Positions 1 through 9,034 of a stretch of 46,731 nucleotides of DNA are shown here, piece after piece. Each line of letters starts with the position of its first letter. The first letter of the stretch is position 1. Source of the stretch: a virus (taxonomy: Duplodnaviria; Heunggongvirae; Uroviricota; Caudoviricetes); IMG/VR virus record IMGVR_UViG_2529292726_000019. One strand, given 5' to 3'. Under the pieces are notes generated by a model. That model did not search any database, was not told where the DNA came from, and saw only the letters and a list, made by a program, of their open reading frames with translations. Position numbers and translations under genes: made by a program.

Positions 1-204
1 TGTTGGTGTCAGAGCCGGCCTCTCTTTCAACAGAGGAACAAGCATGCTGTCCCACACAGCTTCCAGAGGATCTTTGCGTGTGCGCCAGTGCCGAACACTG
101 TTTTTTGCCCACTCTCCTTTTTCGATCCGACGACCAGAACGGACTGAGATACCAGCCTTCATGGCCGAGATATGCTGAGTTATACCTTTCTTACGCTGAG
201 TCAT
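1..204 (-). CDS. istA: IstA-like transposase, N-terminal fragment (ORF runs off the window start)
   Basis: Minus-strand ORF with ATG at 204-202 translating MTQRKKGITQHISAMKAGISVRSGRRIEKGEW..., an HTH-like N-terminus. Assignment rests mainly on the adjacent IS21-like terminal repeat. Confidence 0.35.
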   Translation of the reverse strand, partial: MTQRKKGITQHISAMKAGISVRSGRRIEKGEWAKNSVRHWRTRKDPLEAVWDSMLVPLLKERPALTPT

Positions 205-338
205 ATAGTAACTGACCTGAGAAGTATTGAGCGTCACGCCATTTCCTGTTGGATCATGTAAATGACACTCAGGTTACAAAACCGGCCAGAATAATCGGCG
301 CCAGGCGGACTGAGTTATTGTCGTCTCATAGAGAGGAT
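1..338 (-). mobile_element. IS21-family insertion sequence, partial left-hand copy: terminal inverted-repeat region (about 205-338) plus 5' end of istA
   Basis: Plus 281-338 is about 70% identical to the reverse complement of plus 46362-46425 (cggccag..ata..ggcgc..cgtct..atag..gga), as expected for the IRL and IRR of one IS type. The right-hand copy carries an IstB-like ORF. Confidence 0.45.
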
Positions 339-679
339 TTAAGCCCGGCAATTTCACGATCTTTGCTGGCAATAATCGTCTCACTTTTGTTACCGTCATC
401 AGTTTCTTGAGTCTCGCTCACCATATCCAAAGTCGCTTGCAACTTATCAGCTCTCTCTTTTTCAGCAAGGTAATGAACACCGAAATGGTGTGCCAAAGCT
501 ACAATCTGAGTTGGCTCTTCAAAGGTGGAATTAAAATTAAGTATTGTAAACAGTCTCTCAAATATGGAAACGTCTTCTATTCCTCGAAGAATGGCTAACA
601 TTTTGACCAGTTCATTAGCATCCATTTCTTCGAATAAGGCGTTTTGTTCATCAGCTATTGCTTTGCATTTCTCGCACAT
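326..679 (-). CDS. hypothetical protein (117 aa)
   Basis: ORF preceded by the conserved start region (AAGGAAAACAC-ATG) and the upstream AAACAAGTTGTTTT motif. Its 3' end abuts the IS terminus. Confidence 0.5.
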   Translation of the reverse strand: MCEKCKAIADEQNALFEEMDANELVKMLAILRGIEDVSIFERLFTILNFNSTFEEPTQIVALAHHFGVHYLAEKERADKLQATLDMVSETQETDDGNKSETIIASKDREIAGLKSSL

Positions 680-976
680 GTGTTTTCCTTAATGCTTAAA
701 CAAGTTGTTTTCTTATTGGTTTTATTGTGATGTGGCATAAAAGGGGAGCAAGCTAAACGTAAAGGTGCAAACTCTCTATTTCGGTCAACGAAATACAAGG
801 GCCATTTGGCCCTTGTCATTAACACTTTGCTTTACGAACTAACGGATAAGCGAAGTAGATCGCCAAACCAATGAGGACGCCATCAGAAATGACAGACATC
901 ATCTTTCCCGTAAAATCCACCAACACCGCCATCACCAGAAGAGCAATGACGATCACAAGCCGGAATCTCTCAAGCA

Positions 977-1402
977 TTAGAGATAAGCATCCAGTGACAA
1001 CTGAAGCGCCTGGGCGATCTTTTTCAGTGCCTGCTCTTCTTGTTCACCAATGCCGTCCTGATCGGCAATATCAAGGCACAGACACAGAACATCGACCGCC
1101 TCTGGAGTACCCGCAATATCAGACAGCTCACGAATAGCTTGTGCATTAGCAGAACGAGGGGACGCTTCGTAACGAGCACGGATATTGGCGCTCATTTGGG
1201 CAATCTCACCAGCAAACGGAGAAAACGCAGGCAGAGCTGCAATTGTTTTCTCAAGAATGGAAATTTCCTTTGCGTCGCATGTGCCATCGGCATAGGAGAT
1301 CATGTACGCGCCCCACACGGTGGCTTCAACCGCATCTCGGTTCTCCATTTTTTTGACCTCGATAACAGCTTTACGAGTTTTCTTTTTGAATAAACCTAAC
1401 AT
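977..1402 (-). CDS. hypothetical protein (141 aa), possibly TerB-like
   Basis: ORF with conserved start region and upstream AAACAAGTTGTTTT motif. The TerB-like call is a weak impression from an acidic helical sequence. Confidence 0.5.
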   Translation of the reverse strand: MLGLFKKKTRKAVIEVKKMENRDAVEATVWGAYMISYADGTCDAKEISILEKTIAALPAFSPFAGEIAQMSANIRARYEASPRSANAQAIRELSDIAGTPEAVDVLCLCLDIADQDGIGEQEEQALKKIAQALQLSLDAYL

Positions 1403-1495
1403 GTGCTTTCCTTTTGTTATTTGTTAAAACAAGTTGTTTTCTAGTTACATGAATTGCTTACGAAAAGACGGTCAATGCATATGCACTAACAACCG

Positions 1496-1684
1496 TCAGA
1501 AATAACCAAGTACCGAACCGACTGGAAAAACAAAAATCCCAACAACACGAGCCAAGGTCATACCAGCCTGAAACTGGAGATCACCAGAGCAAACGAGTTT
1601 TACAATGTTCGATACCCAACCGGCGGCCATGAGGGCAAGAATTGCCAGCCAAATTTTTCCAAAGTGATTTGAAAACCAGTTCAT
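1496..1684 (-). CDS. small membrane protein (62 aa)
   Basis: Two hydrophobic segments (WLAILALMAAGWV, VVGIFVFPVGSVLGYF); start overlaps the upstream ORF stop. Confidence 0.4.
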   Translation of the reverse strand: MNWFSNHFGKIWLAILALMAAGWVSNIVKLVCSGDLQFQAGMTLARVVGIFVFPVGSVLGYF

Positions 1685-1693
1685 ACAACCGCC

Positions 1694-2188
1694 TTAGTCA
1701 CAGCATGATCCTGAGTAACTGGATGAACTTGAGGTATCGCATCCACCGCCATCCCATCCAGAGTGACAGGACGCTCCACTGGAGTGGTGGTAATTGTCGT
1801 CGACGAAGGTGTGGTGGTGGATGAATCCGGCATCAAAAGGCTCTGACCGGCTGGAACGGCTACCGTCGCCAGTGAAACTATAATGAGAACGTAGGCCATT
1901 GGTTTCAGCCTCTTTCTTTGAAAATTTTCCATTCGAACTGTCCTTGTTGTTTTTCTCCTTCACTAAAGGCCGTGCATTTTTCGCTTCGCGTGAAGAACCA
2001 GAGGCAACAATCGCCCCCACGTTCGCAACAACTGACGCTTGATTATCTAAACGTTCATTCAGCAACCGAACGGTAGTCTCTAGTTCATCAAGGCGTGACA
2101 TAACACGACCGCTAAATAATTCGGCCAAAATTTGACGTAAAGAACGAGGACGTTTAGTTACAGAAGTGAAATAGGTTTGACGTGCCAT
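1694..2188 (-). CDS. hypothetical protein (164 aa); 3' half overlaps an alternative-frame ORF (1681-1932) with a signal-peptide-like N-terminus
   Basis: Long ORF whose C-terminal half is low-complexity and Cys/Ser-rich. The other frame encodes MAYVLIIVSLATVAVPAGQ and is ATGA-coupled to the next gene. Confidence 0.35.
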   Translation of the reverse strand: MARQTYFTSVTKRPRSLRQILAELFSGRVMSRLDELETTVRLLNERLDNQASVVANVGAIVASGSSREAKNARPLVKEKNNKDSSNGKFSKKEAETNGLRSHYSFTGDGSRSSRSEPFDAGFIHHHTFVDDNYHHSSGASCHSGWDGGGCDTSSSSSYSGSCCD

Positions 2189-2217
2189 GTGGACTCCATC
2201 CAGTGTCAGAAAGAGTT

Positions 2218-2239
2218 GCGGCTGGCGATTGCCAGCCGC
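2218..2239 (-). terminator. GC-rich hairpin (gcggctggc-gatt-gccagccgc) downstream of rnh
   Basis: Perfect 9-bp stem in the intergenic region between rnh and the next gene. Confidence 0.35.
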
Positions 2240-2336
2240 CTTTCTCGTTCCATCCTGGAACTGTGTCTTACCGACACATTGTCATCCTGACGCCGATAAG
2301 ATACATGATTTAAAATGATAGGTAAACACTTACTTA

Positions 2337-2927
2337 CTATTTATTATAAACAAAACCAATATCTTTCTTGTGAGGCATATCTGCTGCTGAAAAAGCTGCG
2401 ATCTTCGCGAGTCGATCACATATTTCATTTTCACGATGCCCGGCGTGACCTTTAACCCACTTCCAGCGAACATTATGTCGACTTGCGGCCTCATCCAGAC
2501 GCTTCCACAGATCAACATTCTTTACCGGTTTTTTGTCAGAAGTCATCCATCCATTGCGTTTCCACCATTTCATCCACTGTGTCATGCCGTTTTTCAGATA
2601 CTGGCTATCAGAGTGCAAAATAACGTTGCATGGATATTTCAAACGCTCCAGCCCGATAAGTGCCCCCATCATCTCCATGCGGTTATTGGTGGTGCTATGA
2701 AAACCATCTGAGAACTCGCGTTCCTCACCACGATACTGGAGAACGATACCGTAACCGCCCGGGCCACCCGGATTTTTAAGGCAAGAGCCATCACTAAAGA
2801 TTTTCACGGTTTTAAGCTGGGGATTGAACTCTACGACAGGCGTTGTGGGATTGGTGCGGGGGGAATTTTTGTTTTTGGCTTTTTTGCGAGTTTTTGCTTG
2901 CGATCGGGCTGGTGTCTTCGTCGTCAT
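2337..2927 (-). CDS. rnhA: ribonuclease HI
   Basis: Motifs VKIFSDGSC...GGYG and ...HSDSQY...[20 protein letters not shown] match the RNase H catalytic core. Start chosen at MTTKTP (ATG 2927-2925) with an AGGAG Shine-Dalgarno; it carries a basic N-terminal extension of about 40 aa. Confidence 0.85.
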   Translation of the reverse strand: MTTKTPARSQAKTRKKAKNKNSPRTNPTTPVVEFNPQLKTVKIFSDGSCLKNPGGPGGYGIVLQYRGEEREFSDGFHSTTNNRMEMMGALIGLERLKYPCNVILHSDSQYLKNGMTQWMKWWKRNGWMTSDKKPVKNVDLWKRLDEAASRHNVRWKWVKGHAGHRENEICDRLAKIAAFSAADMPHKKDIGFVYNK

Positions 2928-3509
2928 ATAAACTCCTGAATCAAGCGCCGCGCCGATTTTTCCTCGCGCGTGCGCACACGCGTGCGTGTTAATAATTATT
3001 AAAATAAACAAATTACTTCCCAGAACAGGTTTTTATAAACCTGAACTGAACGAACGAAGTGAGTGAAGTTCACCTCGAACGAAGTGAGAGGTTGTCTTTT
3101 CAGGTAATACTCTCCCAGGGAGGTGAGTATAAAAATCTCTCACCAACCTGGTCGTTTCATAACCTGAAAAGTTATGGTCTAAGTCTACTGCCAGCTTAGA
3201 CTTGGGAAGTTATGGATGACAGCACCCCAGAACCGAGATCTTCCCACACTTTATGAAGGGGAGTACTGGATTCAACCTCTCGAAACACCCCAGACTCGAC
3301 AATCATAAAGTGACCCTTGTCTCTGCTCACTTTGGTTCCCCCTTCCCCGACACCTAAACGGCACCAGTTCTACGCTGGTAGTGAGCTTTTTTAAACCTGA
3401 CGCCAGTGACGCTTACCCCCACCCATCAGGTCGAGTCTCCAGTCTACGACTGGAAACTATCAGATCTTAGCACTTACAATTCACTTTATGAATAGTTTGT
3501 ACTTATCTA

Positions 3510-3764
3510 TCATTGTGATTGATTATTTTCTCTACCATGTAGTTGAACATTCAAGGCAAACACCTCATTGATCAACTCACCTAAAAGCTGTTCAACAAGT
3601 TCGCGATGCTCGCCAAGATGCAAGCACTTAATTGCCCATTCGTACAAGTTGAAAGCCTGCTCACGATCTTTCATCATTTCACGAGCCTGGGCCAGAAAAT
3701 CGCTCTCTACGAGCGCAACGACATTAGTCGGGTATGACATGTTGGTTTCCTTAAAGTGGTTCAT
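3510..3764 (-). CDS. hypothetical protein (84 aa)
   Basis: ORF with a start-region-like sequence upstream. Confidence 0.45.
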   Translation of the reverse strand: MNHFKETNMSYPTNVVALVESDFLAQAREMMKDREQAFNLYEWAIKCLHLGEHRELVEQLLGELINEVFALNVQLHGRENNQSQ

Positions 3765-3925
3765 AAAATCGATTTTAAAGCGTCTGGGAAGGGGCTCTAG
3801 TGGATTCTGTAGTGATGTTCAGGTCTGGAGTCTCTGATACAAAACAGCCTTCTTCCGTATATTAATAATTAATATGTAGTTATTTATATATACAGAAGCA
3901 GGCTAATTACAGACACCAGAACAAA

Positions 3926-4519
3926 CTAAGCAGCCTTCTTTGATGGTCTTTTTTTCCTGATCACATTCGCAGGATCATACCCTCCCAGACTTTTCATGAC
4001 GTCCAAAGGGATCTTGCTTATAGAGTGCCCAGCGTCCTGACAGAATCCTCGAAAAACAACGAGCATACTGCCACCTGGGTTGATGTTTACTTCTACCTGA
4101 CCCAGATTTACGTCAGGCTCGACAAACGCTACGCGGCCACCAGACAGAATAATCGTCTCATTCGCACACTCTGTTGCACGCTCATACCACTTTGTATCTA
4201 GGGATTGAGGAATTAGCATCACTGTTGTAACTCCACGAGCCTGCTCACGTATAGCCGCATCAATCCAGGGGGAGATTTTGGAGTAGGGTGGATTGAGGAA
4301 GGCAATTGTACCTGGCTGTCCCCATTCAGATTTCAAAGCATCACGCTCAACGCCTATGAAATTAGGCAGCTTTGCATTGTCCTTGTTGCAGGCAACGTCA
4401 ACATCAAATGTCACTCCAAGATAACGTTGAATGGCAGAAAACAGCCAGTCAGGTGTTCTCCAGAGGTCACGAAGAGAGTTGTCGCGCTTTCGCTGTTTGA
4501 TTTTTTCGGCTGCAATCAT
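3926..4519 (-). CDS. DNA N6-adenine methyltransferase (phage Dam-like)
   Basis: N-terminal WRTPDWLF and catalytic NPPYS motif typical of phage Dam-like N6A methyltransferases. GATC specificity is not provable from sequence. Confidence 0.8.
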   Translation of the reverse strand: MIAAEKIKQRKRDNSLRDLWRTPDWLFSAIQRYLGVTFDVDVACNKDNAKLPNFIGVERDALKSEWGQPGTIAFLNPPYSKISPWIDAAIREQARGVTTVMLIPQSLDTKWYERATECANETIILSGGRVAFVEPDVNLGQVEVNINPGGSMLVVFRGFCQDAGHSISKIPLDVMKSLGGYDPANVIRKKRPSKKAA

Positions 4520-4585
4520 CTTCTTTCTCGATAGGTAAGTAAATACCTATTTTTGCATTTGATTTTATGTCTGGCAATCAAATAA

Positions 4586-4662
4586 AACGCGCCAGAAATG
4601 CAAACGAGAAGCTCTCTGGCGCGTTTTTGTGGTGCTGGGTATGTGATTGGCTTACCCAGCAC
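4586..4662 (-). terminator. two tandem perfect hairpins (11-bp and 10-bp stems) flanked by T-runs on both strands
   Basis: aacgcgccaga...tctggcgcgtt followed by gtgctgggta...tacccagcac, downstream of the 269-aa gene. Confidence 0.45.
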
Positions 4663-4702
4663 TATAAAGCTCTCTATGGGCTTTATTTTCAGTAGGGGAA
4701 CG

Positions 4703-5512
4703 TCATCCAATAGTGTACTCCGCGACAAACTTCTTAACGATCGGTGATTCTTCGTTCAATGTTAGATTTCCACCGTCTCTAACGGCAATTCCTGTCGCTG
4801 GAAATACAGCCATCATTTGCCCAGCCTGAGTTGACGCAGTGTTAAGCGGATACGGTTTTTCTGGATTGCTCATTAAAGCAATCTTAATACTATTACTTGT
4901 AGCCTTCTTTTCTGTGAGAAGGTGTCTCATGGAAATTACCGTGTAAACACTAATATCTGGACCTCCGCTAAACCAATTAAGAAGGTTTAATATCTTATCC
5001 TTTGCTTTGACAGGCGCGTTATCGTAAGCGTCTAAGAAAATATCTTTTTCTAAGCCCGCTTTATTGAAAAACGAATCATCTTTATCACTTAAAGTAAAAC
5101 GAGGACCTCTTGCAGTACGAGCTTTTTTATTTGTATTGCTATCATTTGACTGTTGAACTTTTAATTCATCATTAACCTCAACACACTCTTCAACCTCAAT
5201 AAATCCCAATTGTTCTGGCTCGTTTTCGGCAGCTTCAACACTTTCAGCGTTAATTACGTTTATAGGCTCATGCGCTAACTCCAACTCATTTAAAGCAGAG
5301 CTGAAATCACCTGTTTTTTCTTCATTGAACAGTTCTTCGGCAACATCATCAGAACTGATGGCTACGCCAGCATCTAGGCCGAGCAGCAGATCGTCAATAT
5401 CATCAGTATTTTCAACCTGTGCAGCTTTTTTTACTGGTTCATCAAGTGATTGCAACATGGCTGTCAGCTCGTCCAGATCATCATTTGTCATTACATTTTC
5501 AACCGAACTCAT
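4703..5512 (-). CDS. hypothetical protein with strongly acidic N-terminal half (269 aa)
   Basis: Asp/Glu-rich N-terminal ~110 aa (DDLDEL..., DDIDDLLLGLD, EVEECVEVNDE). Confidence 0.5.
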   Translation of the reverse strand: MSSVENVMTNDDLDELTAMLQSLDEPVKKAAQVENTDDIDDLLLGLDAGVAISSDDVAEELFNEEKTGDFSSALNELELAHEPINVINAESVEAAENEPEQLGFIEVEECVEVNDELKVQQSNDSNTNKKARTARGPRFTLSDKDDSFFNKAGLEKDIFLDAYDNAPVKAKDKILNLLNWFSGGPDISVYTVISMRHLLTEKKATSNSIKIALMSNPEKPYPLNTASTQAGQMMAVFPATGIAVRDGGNLTLNEESPIVKKFVAEYTIG

Positions 5513-5672
5513 GTAAGTCTCCTTCTGTTTAGTTGCATTTGCGTTTCGATGGCTACATTTTGACTAAATCTATCAGGCGGAAAAGTATTAAATACAGGCA
5601 GGAAATGATTGAAAGGCGACTGTTCTTTAAAAGAAAGCCTGCTTCAAACTCTCTTTAAAGCAGGCTTTTGTT

Positions 5673-6221
5673 TTACACAATTTCAGAGGGTAATTTAAAA
5701 AATCCGTATTTATTACGTGCCTTAAAGAAGCATTGCATCATTAAGTTTGTGTCATATAAGGCACTATGTGCTTTGGCATGATCGTATATAAAGCCAAGAG
5801 AGAAGGCCAACTCTTCAAGGCGGGGACGTTTACCGTCTTCTGTGGCCCACAGGGAAAATAGAGTGTCAATCAATGGGATGTCTGGAAGCGAAAAACCGTA
5901 ACTTTTCAGCTCATGCCTAATAAACGGAATATCGAACGCTTCGCCGTTGTGGGCTATCCAAATATCGGAAGAAGAGAGATACGAAGCGACAGATGAAGCG
6001 TGATCGGCTAGTAACGGCTCGGCGGCTAAATCTTCAAGACTGATGCCGTGTACCGCTTGCGCTTTCGGATCGATACTGCGACGCGGGTTGAACCGCATTA
6101 CAAAACTATCAACCATTGTCTGTGTCTCAATTTCGTACTTCACCATTGCGATTTCAATGATTTTATGGCCTGAGAGGAAATCAAGACCTGTTGATTCGAT
6201 GTCCACCCCTGTAGCAATCAC
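5673..6221 (-). CDS. DnaQ-like 3'-5' exonuclease (DEDDh family)
   Basis: Exo motifs DIESTG, HNGEAFDIPF and HSALYD. Confidence 0.7.
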   Translation of the reverse strand: MIATGVDIESTGLDFLSGHKIIEIAMVKYEIETQTMVDSFVMRFNPRRSIDPKAQAVHGISLEDLAAEPLLADHASSVASYLSSSDIWIAHNGEAFDIPFIRHELKSYGFSLPDIPLIDTLFSLWATEDGKRPRLEELAFSLGFIYDHAKAHSALYDTNLMMQCFFKARNKYGFFKLPSEIV

Positions 6222-7012
6222 TTTTTATCTCCTTTTACTGGTCGTTTGGACGGTGTGAAGATGGCAGCTTCAACATCCCACCCCCTCAAGATTCGCTGCG
6301 AGATAATGGTCGCAGTCAAGCCAACCTCTCTAGCCCATTCGGTAATTCGCTGAGTTCTGCCGCGACACTCGATCAGACGCTTACTATCTCGGTTGGCATA
6401 CGTGTCGACGCTGGCGTTAAGCGCGCGATCTAATGGCCACCCTTTCTTGATTCGATAGTGAAGAGTTGATGTCTGAATCCCGGCTCTTTTAGCCCATTGT
6501 GAGAGAGTCAGCTTTTCCCCCTTATGCTCCAAAATTAAGTTTGAACGCGTGTTATTGGCCTGTTCTTCAAAAGTCGCCCATCTGCAATTTTCAGGTTCGT
6601 AGTCACCATTCACATCTTTGCGATCAAGAGACATCCCCTCTGGTCGCTCTCCCATGTCAGCATAAAAGTTTTCAAATATTTGCCACCGCTCGCAGACTTT
6701 GATACCTCGGCCGCCATACCACTTATAGGCGTGATGGGTTGGTTTTTCACATCGTTCCCGCATACCCAGCCATATACGATAAATTGGCGTTTTACTCATA
6801 CCATGAGGCTTTACGCTACGGCGATGTGCGTTGTAGACACAGCCACACGATATTGTCGCCCCGTGATTTAGCTTCCCGTAACTAACCAGGCAGGTGTTGC
6901 CGCAATCGCAGATGCAATCCCAAAGTCGCCCTTGTTTGTTTGAAATACCGGAATATTTAAGTGCAACCAACTTTCCAAAACGTTTACCTGTTATGTCTAC
7001 CGGTTGTCCCAT
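6218..7012 (-). CDS. putative HNH/homing-endonuclease-like DNA-binding protein
   Basis: YRIWLGMRERC...YKWYGGRGIKVCERW motif common in phage homing-endonuclease-like proteins, plus Cys cluster CICDCGNTC. Family recalled by motif only. Confidence 0.4.
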   Translation of the reverse strand: MGQPVDITGKRFGKLVALKYSGISNKQGRLWDCICDCGNTCLVSYGKLNHGATISCGCVYNAHRRSVKPHGMSKTPIYRIWLGMRERCEKPTHHAYKWYGGRGIKVCERWQIFENFYADMGERPEGMSLDRKDVNGDYEPENCRWATFEEQANNTRSNLILEHKGEKLTLSQWAKRAGIQTSTLHYRIKKGWPLDRALNASVDTYANRDSKRLIECRGRTQRITEWAREVGLTATIISQRILRGWDVEAAIFTPSKRPVKGDKK

Positions 7013-7021
7013 TACTACTCC

Positions 7022-7441
7022 TTACAACTTCTTAGCGCCCTTAAGTAGTGCGCTACGTACAAATTGAGCCGCTTTTTTCAAAGTTTCTTCACTGGTTTCA
7101 CAGACAATCGGATCTTTCCACTTACCTGACGCAGTGTTGAGAATATTGATTTGGTTGCTATCCAGACAAACAGAGATATAAAGCACCGTGCCACCAGCCA
7201 GCATCAAATGCATAGGAAACAGAGGCTTTTTACTGCCTTCACTGAACTGAGACATGGCGATGTTAATGGCTTCACCTACTTGTGCGCCAACAAGCCCCTG
7301 CGCAGTTTCGAATATGGCACGAATAGCCAGACGAGCCTCTCGATCGCTCATAAGAGACCGGGAATGTTCGTCCGCTACACGAATCAAAGCCTCTGTTGTT
7401 TTCCGATCCAGTTCATCTTCAAGCAACATTTCACTAAACAT
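7022..7441 (-). CDS. hypothetical protein (139 aa)
   Basis: ORF in an operon-like run; no recognisable motif. Confidence 0.45.
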   Translation of the reverse strand: MFSEMLLEDELDRKTTEALIRVADEHSRSLMSDREARLAIRAIFETAQGLVGAQVGEAINIAMSQFSEGSKKPLFPMHLMLAGGTVLYISVCLDSNQINILNTASGKWKDPIVCETSEETLKKAAQFVRSALLKGAKKL

Positions 7442-7502
7442 TTTTTATCCTTAACCCATTTTGAGAGTTTTATTGTCGCAATGTCGAAGAGGCGAACAAT
7501 TT

Positions 7503-8147
7503 CTAATGAACGGTTACTCGGCCACAGAACCGGTTTTCTATCTTTTCTACAGCGTTATCTAGCATTCTCATCACTGATCTGGCTCTTGCTTCAACCGTGC
7601 GATATCGGTTGGAAACGACGAAGGTTTGCAGATCCCCCCTTTGCGGATGCAGGTGAATTTTTGTCAGTTCCCCGCACATCAACGCATCAATACGAGCGAC
7701 ATACAGACGGTCTAATGATGCTCGTTGTGATCGCAAGTAATCTCGCTCTGAGAGAGCGACTCCCGGGCGTAAGCCAGCAATGGCGTTAAAGTTTGAAATA
7801 GCAGTTTTGTGGCAAAACTTTTCGATATCGAGGGCTAACTCAATACACCGATCTTCATTTGTATGGCCGACCAAATCCAACGTGTAGGCCATAACATCAG
7901 CAGGTGTGCGATCGATAACAAAGCCTTCAACACCACGTGTAAGTAGCTCTATATGCTTTGCTATTTCCATTTGAATCTGAAGCCGCTCATATAGAGGCAT
8001 AGACTCACCTACTCGAACACCGAGGCGGCTCATCAAACTTCCGACACCAGCATCCACGTAAGGGATTCCGTAATGTTTGTCGATATATTTAGCCAGGGTT
8101 GTTTTCCCACTGCCCTGAGCACCAGTGATCCCAATCCGGTAATCCAT
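7503..8147 (-). CDS. P-loop kinase, probable deoxynucleoside monophosphate kinase
   Basis: Walker A GITGAQGSGKTT at the N-terminus; sits among thymidylate-synthesis genes. Confidence 0.5.
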   Translation of the reverse strand: MDYRIGITGAQGSGKTTLAKYIDKHYGIPYVDAGVGSLMSRLGVRVGESMPLYERLQIQMEIAKHIELLTRGVEGFVIDRTPADVMAYTLDLVGHTNEDRCIELALDIEKFCHKTAISNFNAIAGLRPGVALSERDYLRSQRASLDRLYVARIDALMCGELTKIHLHPQRGDLQTFVVSNRYRTVEARARSVMRMLDNAVEKIENRFCGRVTVH

Positions 8148-8623
8148 TACGACCTTCTGTATACGATCTGCGAAAAGCCAGGCTCTTCCTCGCTGGCTCG
8201 TTGGGTATAAGCTGTTTCAACAGGCACAAAGCCTAAGTTACGCATCATGCTTGCCGGGAAGAATGCATCGGCGTTTGGTACATCAACGCCGATGTGGGAG
8301 AGCCAAATCTCTTCAACATGCGGCATGAATAGCGAGTAAATTTGTTCCCCGCCAATCACCCACACTGGCTCTGGTAATCGCAACACATCATCCACACCAG
8401 CAGGGTAGAATCCATTTGGTACAAAGCCATGAGAGCGCGTCAAAACGAGGTTATGACGCTCTGGAAGAGGGCGTTTGAGACTTTCCATCGTTTTACGCCC
8501 CATAACGACAGTGGCGTTTTTGGTGAGTCTCTTAAATAGCTTCAGATCGGTAGAACAACGCCAGGGCAGTTCGTTCGCTATGCCGATCTCATAGTTACGG
8601 CCAACAGCAGCTATCATCTTCAT
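8147..8623 (-). CDS. folA: dihydrofolate reductase
   Basis: MIAAVGRNYEIGIANELPW...VMGRKTMESL matches the DHFR N-terminal signature; ATGA-coupled to the kinase gene. Confidence 0.8.
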   Translation of the reverse strand: MKMIAAVGRNYEIGIANELPWRCSTDLKLFKRLTKNATVVMGRKTMESLKRPLPERHNLVLTRSHGFVPNGFYPAGVDDVLRLPEPVWVIGGEQIYSLFMPHVEEIWLSHIGVDVPNADAFFPASMMRNLGFVPVETAYTQRASEEEPGFSQIVYRRS

Positions 8624-9033
8624 TTGCTCACCTCATAGATGACCGGTCTATGATGAGAGTCAGCTAAAGCGGCACGGAGTCGAGGATCGTGCACCAGCGC
8701 AGCGATAAGCAGATCGCCTTTATGCTCCGCTAATGTGCGCTTAATATGCTTCTCATAACTGGTGCTATTCGGTACGAGGTGAAGCCAGTCGTAATCAACA
8801 CCAAAATCTTTCAGCCATCGTTTAGTGGGCGCTTCAAGAGTTTCAGAGCGGCTACTGATAAGCACCACTTCAGCCCCTGAGCGAGCAAAACCACGCAACA
8901 TACGGCTGGGGGGGAAAATGAGTTCATCACCGGCAATGAATTGGCCTGCATCCGAGTCAGATACAGATTTACGATGGCTGGTATTTGCCAGCACACCTTC
9001 AATTTCGCATAAGACATACATACCTCTTGCCAT
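8620..9033 (-). CDS. hypothetical protein, possibly HAD-like phosphatase fold (non-canonical motif I)
   Basis: Start set at internal MARGM (ATG 9033-9031) to avoid a 95-nt overlap with thyA. Motif CEIEGVL sits where HAD enzymes have DxDG, so activity is doubtful. Confidence 0.35.
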   Translation of the reverse strand: MARGMYVLCEIEGVLANTSHRKSVSDSDAGQFIAGDELIFPPSRMLRGFARSGAEVVLISSRSETLEAPTKRWLKDFGVDYDWLHLVPNSTSYEKHIKRTLAEHKGDLLIAALVHDPRLRAALADSHHRPVIYEVSK

Positions 9034-9034
9034 A

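Noticed and set aside
3-215. Plus-strand 70-aa ORF at the window start
   Set aside because: It lies antisense to the better-supported minus-strand IstA-like start (ATG 204-202) and has an alternative start codon and no ribosome-binding site.
4516-4728. 70-aa minus-strand ORF between the methyltransferase and the acidic protein gene
   Set aside because: The ORF spans the two tandem terminator hairpins and the promoter-like palindrome at 4531-4550. It is more likely an intergenic regulatory region.
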